This document shows, piece after piece, positions 1 through 7,923 of a stretch of DNA of 36,995 bases. Both the position numbers and the translations under genes were made by a program. The notes beneath the pieces were generated by a model that was not told where the DNA came from, did not search any database, and worked only from the letters and a program-made list of their open reading frames with translations. The DNA is from a virus (Duplodnaviria > Caudoviricetes): positions 1-36,995 of IMG/VR virus record IMGVR_UViG_3300028588_000055; one strand, given 5' to 3'. Numbering within the stretch: the first letter of the stretch is position 1; every line of letters begins with the position of its first letter.

Positions 1-135
1 GAAGTGCAAATGCGGCGCATTCGGATCCGAATTGCCGGTCACACCCACGTAGCCGACCAGGTCACCACGTTTGACCGTCGCACCTTCCTGCAGCCCATCG
101 GCGTAGCGGTCCAGGTGCGCATAGTAATAGGCGTA
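1..135 (-). pseudogene. Displaced 3' part of the host M23 peptidase gene (continues left of the window)
   Basis: Minus strand reads [45 protein letters not shown], the same as the ORF at 36667-36990 except one V/I; no start codon, homology stops at 135. Confidence 0.88.
128..135. repeat. att core (left junction) TAGGCGTA
   Basis: Identical 8-mer at 36872-36879; homology to the right copy ends exactly here. Confidence 0.8.
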
Positions 136-191
136 AGGCAACAATCCCCAGACAGTCAGATGCCAGTAGGGCGGAACCGTCATCGAGCCTG

Positions 192-213
192 CGCGTGCAA
201 ATTTTGTGCAAAA
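192..213 (+). promoter_or_regulatory. Putative integrase arm-type sites (CGCGTGCAAA, TGTGCAAAA)
   Basis: Same motif is repeated about 7 times at 36475-36555 beside the integrase; lies ~60-80 bp inside the att core. Confidence 0.6.
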
Positions 214-237
214 TAGATGAAATTCGAAAGGAGAAAA

Positions 238-639
238 ATGCACACTTTGACATGCAAAGGCCGGGATGGCATTGCTCGTACGTTTTCCTACACTTACAAA
301 CTCGACCCTCTCAGTGAAGTATGGACTTTCAGAGTCCATACTACTCCGCCTCTCTCCAGTGGTGAGTTTTTTGAGCTGGCCGTCTCTGAAATCGAACCAG
401 GTACTGTTCGCGTGGTCATGGCCAACCATTATGGCGTTCCTGAATACACTGCAATGGGCATTCCTGAGGCCCTTTTGCCGGTTGTAAAGCAAGTGCTCCA
501 GATGGAAGTTGAGTCGAGTCCACCGGCGGGGCATGGAAACGTCTATCGCACAGCTGCCGCTACAAGCTACTGGAAGCGTTTAGAAACAACGGGTGGTGCA
601 GTCCATGATTCTCTAAGGGACGTGTATAGGGTCGTATGA
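238..639 (+). CDS. Hypothetical protein, possibly GNAT-like fold (accessory)
   Basis: ATG at 238 follows an AAAGGAG RBS; the [11 protein letters not shown] and AATSYWKRL segments loosely resemble GNAT motifs A/B. Confidence 0.55.
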   Translation: MHTLTCKGRDGIARTFSYTYKLDPLSEVWTFRVHTTPPLSSGEFFELAVSEIEPGTVRVVMANHYGVPEYTAMGIPEALLPVVKQVLQMEVESSPPAGHGNVYRTAAATSYWKRLETTGGAVHDSLRDVYRVV

Positions 640-725
640 CCCAAATGTTTGTGAAGCAGCGTTCTTCGATTGCATTAATCATGTCCGATGAGTAACATCG
701 AAAGCCCGTTACGAGAATACGCCAG

Positions 726-1814
726 ATGAGCAAGTACACGTTTAAGGTCAACAAGCATTACACGCGTGCTGACGTCAAAGCCAGGTGTGGCCTTGACCCG
801 ACCACAAAAGGTGGCATTTGGGATACTGGCTATGTTGAGTACAACGGAGTCAGTTTCTTATTTTGCAACGTCGGGATTGCTGGCGCCACCGGTCACGATT
901 ACGACAATTACTTTGACGGGCCAGATCTGATCTGGCGGGCCAAGACCAACACCCACCTTGGACAACCCACAATTCAGCGGATGACTAGTCCGGGCGCTGA
1001 GGTGCACGTTTTCTGGCGAAACGACAGACGGGCGCCGTTCACCTACGCGGGGTTGGGGCAGGCTGCTGAGGTTGAAGACGTAACGCCGGTAAAGGTTCGT
1101 TGGCGGTTCAGTGAACCGCAGGACCAACGTAAGGACTCGCGCAGCGCAGAGCGCCTGCCGGCTGAGGTGTTCGGTAAGATTGGCGCAGACCATGTCTTAG
1201 AAGCTGTGCAACTGCTCTTGGACGGTTATGCTGACCATGCATTTGGACCATCGACCGACTACGATCTGATCGCGACTGACGATAAGCGACTACCGCCGAA
1301 GGCTGTATTTGGCCTTGCGGCTAAGCTTGCGCTTGGCTTTGAGGTGCTTCCAAAGCACTTTACTGCTGGCGAGACATCGACATGTTTCCGCATCCTGCGC
1401 CAGGCAGGGTATCAGGTTGTACCGAAAGGGCAGCAGGTCGAGTCGACTCCGCTGCTGTCCGAAAGCGATCAGGAGTGGGCAGAAGGGAAGCCGAAGCTGA
1501 TAACACACCTGGTACACGAGCGTGCCAAAGGGCTCGCACAGGCAAAGCGCAGCCAATTCAAGCGAGACCACGATGGAAAATTATTCTGCGAGCGCTGCAA
1601 GCTTGACCCTGTGGAAGTTTACGGTTCAGTCGATGGCGAAGCCTGCATCGAAGTACATCACAACGATGTCCACGTAAGCAACATGGACACCGAGCATAAG
1701 ACCCGGTTAGCCGCTTTGCAGTGCTTGTGCGCGAACTGCCACCGCTTCATTCACAGGCAGTTGAAACAAAATCAAAATAATTTGAGGAACGTAGATGCCG
1801 AGCAAGCTAGCTAA
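726..1814 (+). CDS. McrA-like HNH endonuclease (putative type IV, modification-dependent restriction enzyme) with an N-terminal DUF3427/SRA-like domain
   Basis: C-terminal EG..HER..CERC..IEVHH..LCANCHRFIH HNH zinc motif; middle STDYDL..PPKAVFG..FTAG segment resembles the ScoMcrA head domain; N-terminal DYDNYF..WR..VHVFWR..FTYAG. Confidence 0.8.
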   Translation: MSKYTFKVNKHYTRADVKARCGLDPTTKGGIWDTGYVEYNGVSFLFCNVGIAGATGHDYDNYFDGPDLIWRAKTNTHLGQPTIQRMTSPGAEVHVFWRNDRRAPFTYAGLGQAAEVEDVTPVKVRWRFSEPQDQRKDSRSAERLPAEVFGKIGADHVLEAVQLLLDGYADHAFGPSTDYDLIATDDKRLPPKAVFGLAAKLALGFEVLPKHFTAGETSTCFRILRQAGYQVVPKGQQVESTPLLSESDQEWAEGKPKLITHLVHERAKGLAQAKRSQFKRDHDGKLFCERCKLDPVEVYGSVDGEACIEVHHNDVHVSNMDTEHKTRLAALQCLCANCHRFIHRQLKQNQNNLRNVDAEQAS

Positions 1815-2085
1815 CGCCTTGTCTATTTGCTCCATCGCCTGCGGACTGCTTTCGGCAGCAAGCTGGTATCGAGGGAGTGCTGTCAAGGTGTCACATGAGA
1901 AAGCGATGCAAGCCCGTGCAAAGGAGGCTGCGAAACGCGGAGAAAAGCCCAACTTTGCGTCTGTCAGCCTAGACGGCTGGGACATGTCAGCAACGTTTGC
2001 AGCTCAATCTAAGTGGAATTCGATTGGAGCATTTTTTGCTGCCTGTTCGATTTTGGCGCAAACAATCGCGCAGATAATTGGTTGA
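1795..2085 (+). CDS. Small membrane protein (2 predicted TM helices)
   Basis: Hydrophobic N- and C-terminal segments; overlaps the end of the HNH gene. Confidence 0.55.
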   Translation: MPSKLANALSICSIACGLLSAASWYRGSAVKVSHEKAMQARAKEAAKRGEKPNFASVSLDGWDMSATFAAQSKWNSIGAFFAACSILAQTIAQIIG

Positions 2086-2118
2086 CAGCTTCCATACCAA
2101 CCACCCGTTCAAGAGCTG

Positions 2119-2505
2119 TTAGGTGTTTTTCCAGCTGAACAGCTCACCGTCATCAACCAACGGGGTGTTAGCCAGCGACTCTGCAAGCTGACGTTGCTTT
2201 GCCGATCTGGCTTTCAGTTTGGCTTTCGGCTGTACTTGGTGGACTGAAACCCAATCAAATTGGTCAATCCAGATTCGATCTTGCGCCTTATACGACCACA
2301 CGAGTGCGCGAACTACTTTCGTCTGGACTTGGTAACGAGCATTCAATGTCAACTGGCTTACGTCGAATGTGCTAGTTGATGGGATGCGCCATTGCTCTGA
2401 CTGCCCATTTGCAAACAACTCGTAAAAAACGGCCTTCGCTGTAATCTTGGTAATCACCACATCAAGTACGCGTGGTGTCAGTGGTTTGTTCGATTGCTTC
2501 GTCAT
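2119..2505 (-). CDS. Hypothetical phage protein
   Basis: 128-aa ORF with an AGGAG RBS and a TAAATA motif upstream on the minus strand (2553-2558). Confidence 0.7.
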   Translation of the reverse strand: MTKQSNKPLTPRVLDVVITKITAKAVFYELFANGQSEQWRIPSTSTFDVSQLTLNARYQVQTKVVRALVWSYKAQDRIWIDQFDWVSVHQVQPKAKLKARSAKQRQLAESLANTPLVDDGELFSWKNT

Positions 2506-2632
2506 GGTGTTCTACTCCTAGAAACATGAAGCTCCTTTGCTTCATTCACCCGTATTTAGTAATTAATTAAATTTCAGGCTGAATAGGAGTGAAAAACCGT
2601 CAAAAAGAATGACAACTGGCATCACTCTTTGC

Positions 2633-2661
2633 TTGATGGTTTGACAACATGGCTACACCAT
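2633..2661 (+). promoter_or_regulatory. Putative sigma70-like promoter TTGATG-N17-CACCAT
   Basis: Same spacing and hexamers recur at 4476-4504 and 5049-5077. Confidence 0.55.
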
Positions 2662-2702
2662 AAGGTATGGCGGAAACGCAATCAACCAAATGGAGTAAGC
2701 AA

Positions 2703-2879
2703 ATGGCAACCGACAAAGCACTGCACATCGAGTATCTGGAACTGACGGCAACTGGCGCAACGATGGCTGAAGCACTGATTGAAGTTGCCAACATTAATGA
2801 GCTTGCGGTGTGTGATGTGTACGACGCGTTGCAACGTGAAGGCTTTGAAAACCCATGCGGTAATCTGTTCGACGCATAA
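2703..2879 (+). CDS. Small acidic hypothetical protein
   Basis: ATG 2703 with a GGAG RBS at 2692-2695; followed by a terminator. Confidence 0.65.
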   Translation: MATDKALHIEYLELTATGATMAEALIEVANINELAVCDVYDALQREGFENPCGNLFDA

Positions 2880-2902
2880 ACAATCGAGACAGACAGACAT
2901 TT

Positions 2903-2934
2903 AAGCCCAGGTGTTGGCGTGCCTGGGCTTTTTT
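2903..2934 (+). terminator. Rho-independent terminator
   Basis: AAGCCCAGG...CCTGGGCTT followed by a T-run. Confidence 0.7.
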
Positions 2935-3078
2935 GCGACTAGCGACTTATCTGGATTTCTTGTGCAGGAGTACAGGCGGCATGAATTCGTCACTTCGGCT
3001 GACTGGTAATGCTCATGGCTAGTGACTTTCCCGTCACGTAATCCCCAGATGCCAGTCTGTTTGCATGCTCGTCTCAAA

Positions 3079-3272
3079 CTCATTTTTGCCATGATGATGA
3101 GTGATGACTCAACTTCTAGGTGTTAGATGGGTTTCCCAATAAGGAGATAATAAGAGTTGATGTTTTGAGCATCACTTCGTTCGCTCAAAACCAATCTTAC
3201 CTTCCTTCGGAAGTAGTTCTGGATAAACCCAGAAACCAATAACTGTTGGTCGCTACGCTCCTTCCCAGAAGA
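3079..3272 (-). repeat. Structured ~195-bp element, copy 1 (inverted relative to 13622-13817)
   Basis: Near-identical to the reverse complement of 13622-13817; several hairpins. Confidence 0.92.
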
Positions 3273-3479
3273 GCTGGTTGAAAGACACCGAGTGTATGAA
3301 CGCGCCGCGAGCTTGTGCGACTGCCTTAATAAGAGTTGATGTCTCGGCTAGTCAAGACATACAAATTGCAGCGGTACGCAATCTGCCTTATCCTAAATAC
3401 TTGCAGAGACAGGGAGTGCAATGCTTCCGCAACATTCGTTCTCGCTCCTAGTGTTATTTTTAGTCATACTGTTCACAAG

Positions 3480-3506
3480 AAAGCCCAGTTCGCGAACTGG
3501 GCTTTT
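3480..3506 (+). terminator. Rho-independent terminator (26-bp perfect palindrome)
   Basis: AAAGCCCAGTTCGCGAACTGGGCTTTT. Confidence 0.75.
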
Positions 3507-3620
3507 GCGTATGTGGCTGATGTCAAACTCTATTTTGAGCACGGTTTTCGAGCTGCTACCATAAATAACTCTGAACGCCTGAACAACGTTCAACTAAAAA
3601 TAATAATAGAGAGTATCCCG

Positions 3621-4430
3621 ATGACATTCCCATCATTTGGCGCAAGCGTCAGCGCCGACCCATTTAAGGACTTTTTCGCACACCAAGATCAACTGACGTA
3701 CTTGGACAGCAACCCAGAGCCAGCCGTTGAGGTCAAGCCTGAAGTCAAGCAGGAGACACGGCAAGGCGATCCGCACCGCATGAAGAAAGTAGGTGAGCAA
3801 CTGGTCGATGACCACGCGTCCAACTACTCGCTCCCCAACCTCGATCACATCTCGTGGATGCGCGTTGAGCTGTTCCACAACGAACCAGGCAGCGGGCTAA
3901 CTGAATGGGTGCTCAAGTTCATCATCAACGAATGCGCAGCGCCAGAGCATGTGAACACATCGCTTAGCACTCGCGAAGTCTACTTCAACCTGTTTTCAGG
4001 CTATGCATTCAAACGCGCACTCGGCAACTGCAAAGAGAACCCAACATTCCTGAATCGCTTTGCCAGGGTGTACGAGCGAGCAAAGGGCCGCTTAAAGGAG
4101 ATCAAGGCATGTCGGCCACGCGGACAAAAGACTATCGACGCGCCAATTGATCAAGTGGTTGCCGGTTTCTGCTACGTGAAGAAAGCACCTTGGGGCACTG
4201 TCACGTTCCCACAGCAGCAAGCGGTTTTGATGCCTTGGTCAATGCCGGGCCGAAAGCACGAAGCTATACTGTCATTGCGTCAGAACGATCAACGCTTCCG
4301 TACCATTATCATGCATGACATGCGCGGCCACATACCAGAAGGGAAAACGCAGCGCGACGAAAACGCCGCTGTTATGGTTGGCTATTTGGATCAGGTGGGT
4401 TACATGGAATGGCTGACGGCAAATCAGTAA
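3621..4430 (+). CDS. Hypothetical phage protein (269 aa)
   Basis: Probable start is ATG 3621 after GAGAG; the upstream ORF extension crosses a terminator; no family recognised. Confidence 0.7.
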   Translation: MTFPSFGASVSADPFKDFFAHQDQLTYLDSNPEPAVEVKPEVKQETRQGDPHRMKKVGEQLVDDHASNYSLPNLDHISWMRVELFHNEPGSGLTEWVLKFIINECAAPEHVNTSLSTREVYFNLFSGYAFKRALGNCKENPTFLNRFARVYERAKGRLKEIKACRPRGQKTIDAPIDQVVAGFCYVKKAPWGTVTFPQQQAVLMPWSMPGRKHEAILSLRQNDQRFRTIIMHDMRGHIPEGKTQRDENAAVMVGYLDQVGYMEWLTANQ

Positions 4431-4446
4431 AACGGACGCCAACAAA

Positions 4447-4473
4447 AAAGAGTGACAGCGCTTGTCACTCTTT
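4447..4473. promoter_or_regulatory. Palindrome AAAGAGTGACA-N5-TGTCACTCTTT (terminator and/or operator) directly upstream of a -35 box
   Basis: Perfect 11-bp arms; degenerate copy at 2603-2630. Confidence 0.6.
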
Positions 4474-4552
4474 GCTTGATGAACATGATTGATGGCTGCA
4501 CCATTGGTGTACTGCAAAACGTTGCAGCAACTAACCAAATGGAGCGAATAAA

Positions 4553-4978
4553 ATGGCAAAGAACACCAACGCAGCAAACACCCCGGCAAACACCGAAGTA
4601 ACTGGCTTTCTGGCACAACTGGGGACGTTCGCAACTGCAATTACCGATTTGTCCCAAGTTGCTGTAAAACGCGACCCGGTAATTTACGCACGCACGAAAT
4701 TCGCGACTAACTGCGACGAGACGATCAAGCTGATTACGCAAGAAGCAGATCAGGGCAAGTTTTTCAAAAAAATCGCTGACGGCTTTTTGATTACGTTCCG
4801 CAACGGCAATTCGGCAATGCAGCTCAACGGCACGCAACACTTCAAAGTCGGCAACGTGGAAGCTGCAACCAAATTTGTGGAAGCTGCTAAAGCTGCTGCG
4901 GCAAATGGCGAACTCAATCAAGCATTCCGCGACACGATGCGCACCCCACGTAAAGCCAAAGACGAAACGCCAGCTTAA
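4553..4978 (+). CDS. Hypothetical phage protein
   Basis: GGAG RBS, repeated promoter module upstream, terminator downstream. Confidence 0.8.
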   Translation: MAKNTNAANTPANTEVTGFLAQLGTFATAITDLSQVAVKRDPVIYARTKFATNCDETIKLITQEADQGKFFKKIADGFLITFRNGNSAMQLNGTQHFKVGNVEAATKFVEAAKAAAANGELNQAFRDTMRTPRKAKDETPA

Positions 4979-4995
4979 CTAACAACACATAAGCA

Positions 4996-5024
4996 AAAAT
5001 GGCACCCTGCGCGGGTGCTATTTT
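4996..5024 (+). terminator. Rho-independent terminator
   Basis: AAAATGGCACCC...GGGTGCTATTTT. Confidence 0.6.
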
Positions 5025-5099
5025 CATTTAAGCTCGACGAGAAATAATTTGAAGCGTGTAGCAGGGTATCGCACCATAGATACATTACAAGGAGCGATG

Positions 5100-5573
5100 A
5101 TGACCAACACCCAGCAATCCAGAATAAGACTGCCTGCACGCCACGGCAAGAACTTACCAAGACCACCAGACCTTAACAACCTGAACAGGCATGCGCTTGT
5201 AACCAAAGCGTTCTCGCGCATGTTCTATCTGATGGACACAACCGACAAACTCGACTGCGTGATCAACAACCAAGCCGTAGCTGCAATCCGAGTAACGGCG
5301 CCGTATGTAACGCAAGACCGAGCACGCATTATGAAGCTGGCGTTTGCGATCCTAACCACGACCGGAGACAAGCTCATAGCGATCGACTTTGAAGCAAAGG
5401 CCCAGAACGTAGGCCAGATCACCGTCTACGTGCCAAGACCAGATGCGGCACACCTGGAACTGGCAATCAAGGAACAACATCAACTGGCAATCGAGGAATG
5501 GGGAGCAGCTAACAAACAGCGTGCCCGCTTAATTGAGCGCTATCTAGTGATTGCACAACACTTACCTACGTAA
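5100..5573 (+). CDS. Hypothetical phage protein
   Basis: AAGGAG RBS at 5089-5094; promoter TTGAAG-N17-CACCAT upstream. Confidence 0.7.
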   Translation: MTNTQQSRIRLPARHGKNLPRPPDLNNLNRHALVTKAFSRMFYLMDTTDKLDCVINNQAVAAIRVTAPYVTQDRARIMKLAFAILTTTGDKLIAIDFEAKAQNVGQITVYVPRPDAAHLELAIKEQHQLAIEEWGAANKQRARLIERYLVIAQHLPT

Positions 5574-5581
5574 ACAATTCG

Positions 5582-6748
5582 TTACCTAATGTCTTTGCCT
5601 AATGAATGGAATTGCTCAAGCCTGCCGTCTGTATCAATCTTGAGGTTGAAATAATCGCCATTAAAGAAGACCGACATTGCTCCTTTCCGATTAAATGGCT
5701 TATTTTCTGTCTTGAAGTGTAATTCGATCTCGTCGTCAATGCTCATCAAGACCTTCTCTATCAAACTGCCGAGGTCTTTTGGTTTGTAAGGCAATGGAGT
5801 CTTTACCGCAAAATCACCTAGTTGAAACTCTTTGATGTGTCTCATTGTAATGTGCAGATAAGAAGTGAGGTCCCAGTAAATCTGCTTCTTCTTATGTAGC
5901 AAGATTCCAGGTTCAAATTTTAATGCGGACTCCATCAAAGATTTCAGGGCGTCTTGCGTGCGAGGCGATAGCGCTTTCGATAGATTGGATTTCTCTAGCT
6001 CTTCTGCGACAGCCATAATGACCCTAGCTTTCTTAATGAATGCCAAGTCGGACTTTTGCCTTTCCTCATCTTCGGTTAAGCGACGATGTCGTGCTTTGGC
6101 TTTAATTCTCGCAAAGCCTATGTTGACGTTTGTTTGCAGGTCTTCAATAGTAAAGCCAAAGTGATCCAAAAGTCTTCTATCGATCTGACCATAGACTCCA
6201 AGCAGTGTACCAACTAACTCTTCCTTCTCAAATGGGATCAGTTCATAACCACTATTGATTTTGCTGGCAAGGTAACCTATGAGTAGCTTACTCTCATCAA
6301 CATCGGAAAGATCAGCCTCTACATACACGACGTTTGGAATCTTTTTTTCTCCCGACTCATGGATTTCAACTGGGCGCGAATAGTGAAGATACGAGATACT
6401 CAGCAAATCCTCTAATAGGACACCTTTGTACTTCAGCGCTTTCTTTTGTTCAGTGCTTAAAAGCTGATCTGGTGAATCAATGCGTAAAATTGAAAGGTTT
6501 GGCAGCTCTGTTGGGTTATCAAGGCCCTCCAGGTAGTGCAAGGTCTGAAAAGTATTGAACAGTGTTCCAGTAATTACTGGTCCGTAAGTTTCATACGCTT
6601 TACTGTTTTCCTTGAAGAAGAAACTTGTCATGTACCCTCTGCGACCGACCATCTCATGTAAGTCATGCATGTGGAAGCAAGGACCTTCGACGTCAATTGA
6701 CGGAAGACCAACGTCAATTAAGTTGGTTATCTTGTATTGGCCAATCAT
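5582..6748 (-). CDS. AT-rich accessory protein, possible C-terminal nuclease/toxin domain
   Basis: 388-aa ORF with low GC, antisense to its neighbours; C-terminal HITMRH...GRLEQFH. Confidence 0.7.
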   Translation of the reverse strand: MIGQYKITNLIDVGLPSIDVEGPCFHMHDLHEMVGRRGYMTSFFFKENSKAYETYGPVITGTLFNTFQTLHYLEGLDNPTELPNLSILRIDSPDQLLSTEQKKALKYKGVLLEDLLSISYLHYSRPVEIHESGEKKIPNVVYVEADLSDVDESKLLIGYLASKINSGYELIPFEKEELVGTLLGVYGQIDRRLLDHFGFTIEDLQTNVNIGFARIKAKARHRRLTEDEERQKSDLAFIKKARVIMAVAEELEKSNLSKALSPRTQDALKSLMESALKFEPGILLHKKKQIYWDLTSYLHITMRHIKEFQLGDFAVKTPLPYKPKDLGSLIEKVLMSIDDEIELHFKTENKPFNRKGAMSVFFNGDYFNLKIDTDGRLEQFHSLGKDIR

Positions 6749-7259
6749 AATCAGAGCTCTCGAGTCAACTTAGGTAAAGCTTACCAAATGATACTACTGC
6801 CCTGTGAATAAGTTGAAATTGCATAAAAGCAATAGTCGCCAAAGGTCACGACGACGGTTCAGCTACCCTGTGTCGAACTGGCCTCAAACGCTGCTGGTAT
6901 GACGATCTATGACGTGCTGTGACGTGTTGCGGGTTTGATGCCCTGTGTACTAGCTGTGCTGGGCAGTGGGGAGGAATGCAGGAGGGCAGGGCATTTGTGC
7001 AGATTTTGCACGCGATGCCCAACTGTCGCGTAAGCGCTTGATTCTTCTGATGCTTTGTAGAGGTCTGTAATACTCAGCGTATTGCACAGGTCACGCTTTG
7101 TACACATGAGGTTACGTAACCTCATGATTCTTCTGATGTTTCTGGAGTTATTCACAAAATCGAACCGGCCTGTGAATAACCGGCCGATTCCTGATCCCGA
7201 AAACGCATGTCTGCTTGGCTTGGCTGCTGCCGTATAGGTGGCGTCAAACAAAAACTGAT
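6749..7259. other. Non-coding repeat/palindrome island (candidate origin or recombination site)
   Basis: DnaA-box matches at 6803-6811, 7148-7156 and 7171-7179; 22-bp perfect palindrome at 7105-7126; 14-bp direct repeat at 7039 and 7125; arm-like motif at 7004-7014. Confidence 0.5.
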
Positions 7260-7859
7260 TTAAATTTTGCTATCGGACTTATAGCTCGGTAGCCCTCTAC
7301 GATAAGCAAGGATAGCTTCGCTAACGTTCTCGACTGCGGCTAGATAATCTTGTGCAGCCTCAGCTGTCGGAATAACTTTCACATGAGCTACCTGATTACG
7401 AAGTTCTCTTAGGGAACGTACCACTGTAGCGATTTCTGGAGGCAGTTTTTCGACGATTTTGCTGTAGACTTTACCTGTGTTTTCTAATGGGTCGTCGCAA
7501 AGTCCGAGTTGAAGACCTAATCGGAAGAGTTCACCATCAATGCTTCCCCATCCTTGCAGAATCGCTCCAGATGGGTTCGCACGAGCGTTTAGCAGTTCGG
7601 TAACGATTTTCTGGCTTGGCTTTTCGACGGGCGCCTCTGTAGCGGTAGGAGTCTGCGTACTCGTACGTGCTTCGGACGCTTCAGCTAATGCCTGTTTGGT
7701 GGCAAGTTCAAATTCTGCTTCGACTGGACCGGCCTTGAACTTTTTCATGGTTGGTAAAAGGTCCAGAATTCTCTTTCGAAAAGCGAGACCTAAAATCAAA
7801 GCAACGCTAGGCCAAGCTAATGATTCAATGACCTTGCTGATAAAAGTTAGACGATCCAA
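7260..7859 (-). CDS. Membrane-anchored HEPN-like (DUF4145-type) protein
   Basis: N-terminal LAWP transmembrane helix; Rx4H motif RNQVAH. Confidence 0.7.
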   Translation of the reverse strand: MDRLTFISKVIESLAWPSVALILGLAFRKRILDLLPTMKKFKAGPVEAEFELATKQALAEASEARTSTQTPTATEAPVEKPSQKIVTELLNARANPSGAILQGWGSIDGELFRLGLQLGLCDDPLENTGKVYSKIVEKLPPEIATVVRSLRELRNQVAHVKVIPTAEAAQDYLAAVENVSEAILAYRRGLPSYKSDSKI

Positions 7860-7923
7860 TTTTTCCCCAAGCTAGATACGGTAGTGGTCCTGCTGGACTG
7901 ATACCGATCTAATCATTGCTGCA

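Noticed and set aside
1-135. Assembly artefact duplicating the window end
   Set aside because: The copies differ at about 17 almost entirely synonymous positions, indicating real divergence under selection
3336-3620. N-terminal extension of the 364-aa ORF
   Set aside because: It runs through a terminator and promoter-like motifs; ATG 3621 has the RBS
7105-7126. Protelomerase telRL site or parS
   Set aside because: No protelomerase or ParAB recognised, the palindrome does not extend, it does not match parS TGTTTCACGTGAAACA, and the element is integrated
6907-7251. 114-aa minus-strand ORF
   Set aside because: TTG start, no clear RBS, atypical composition, and it overlies palindromes and repeats
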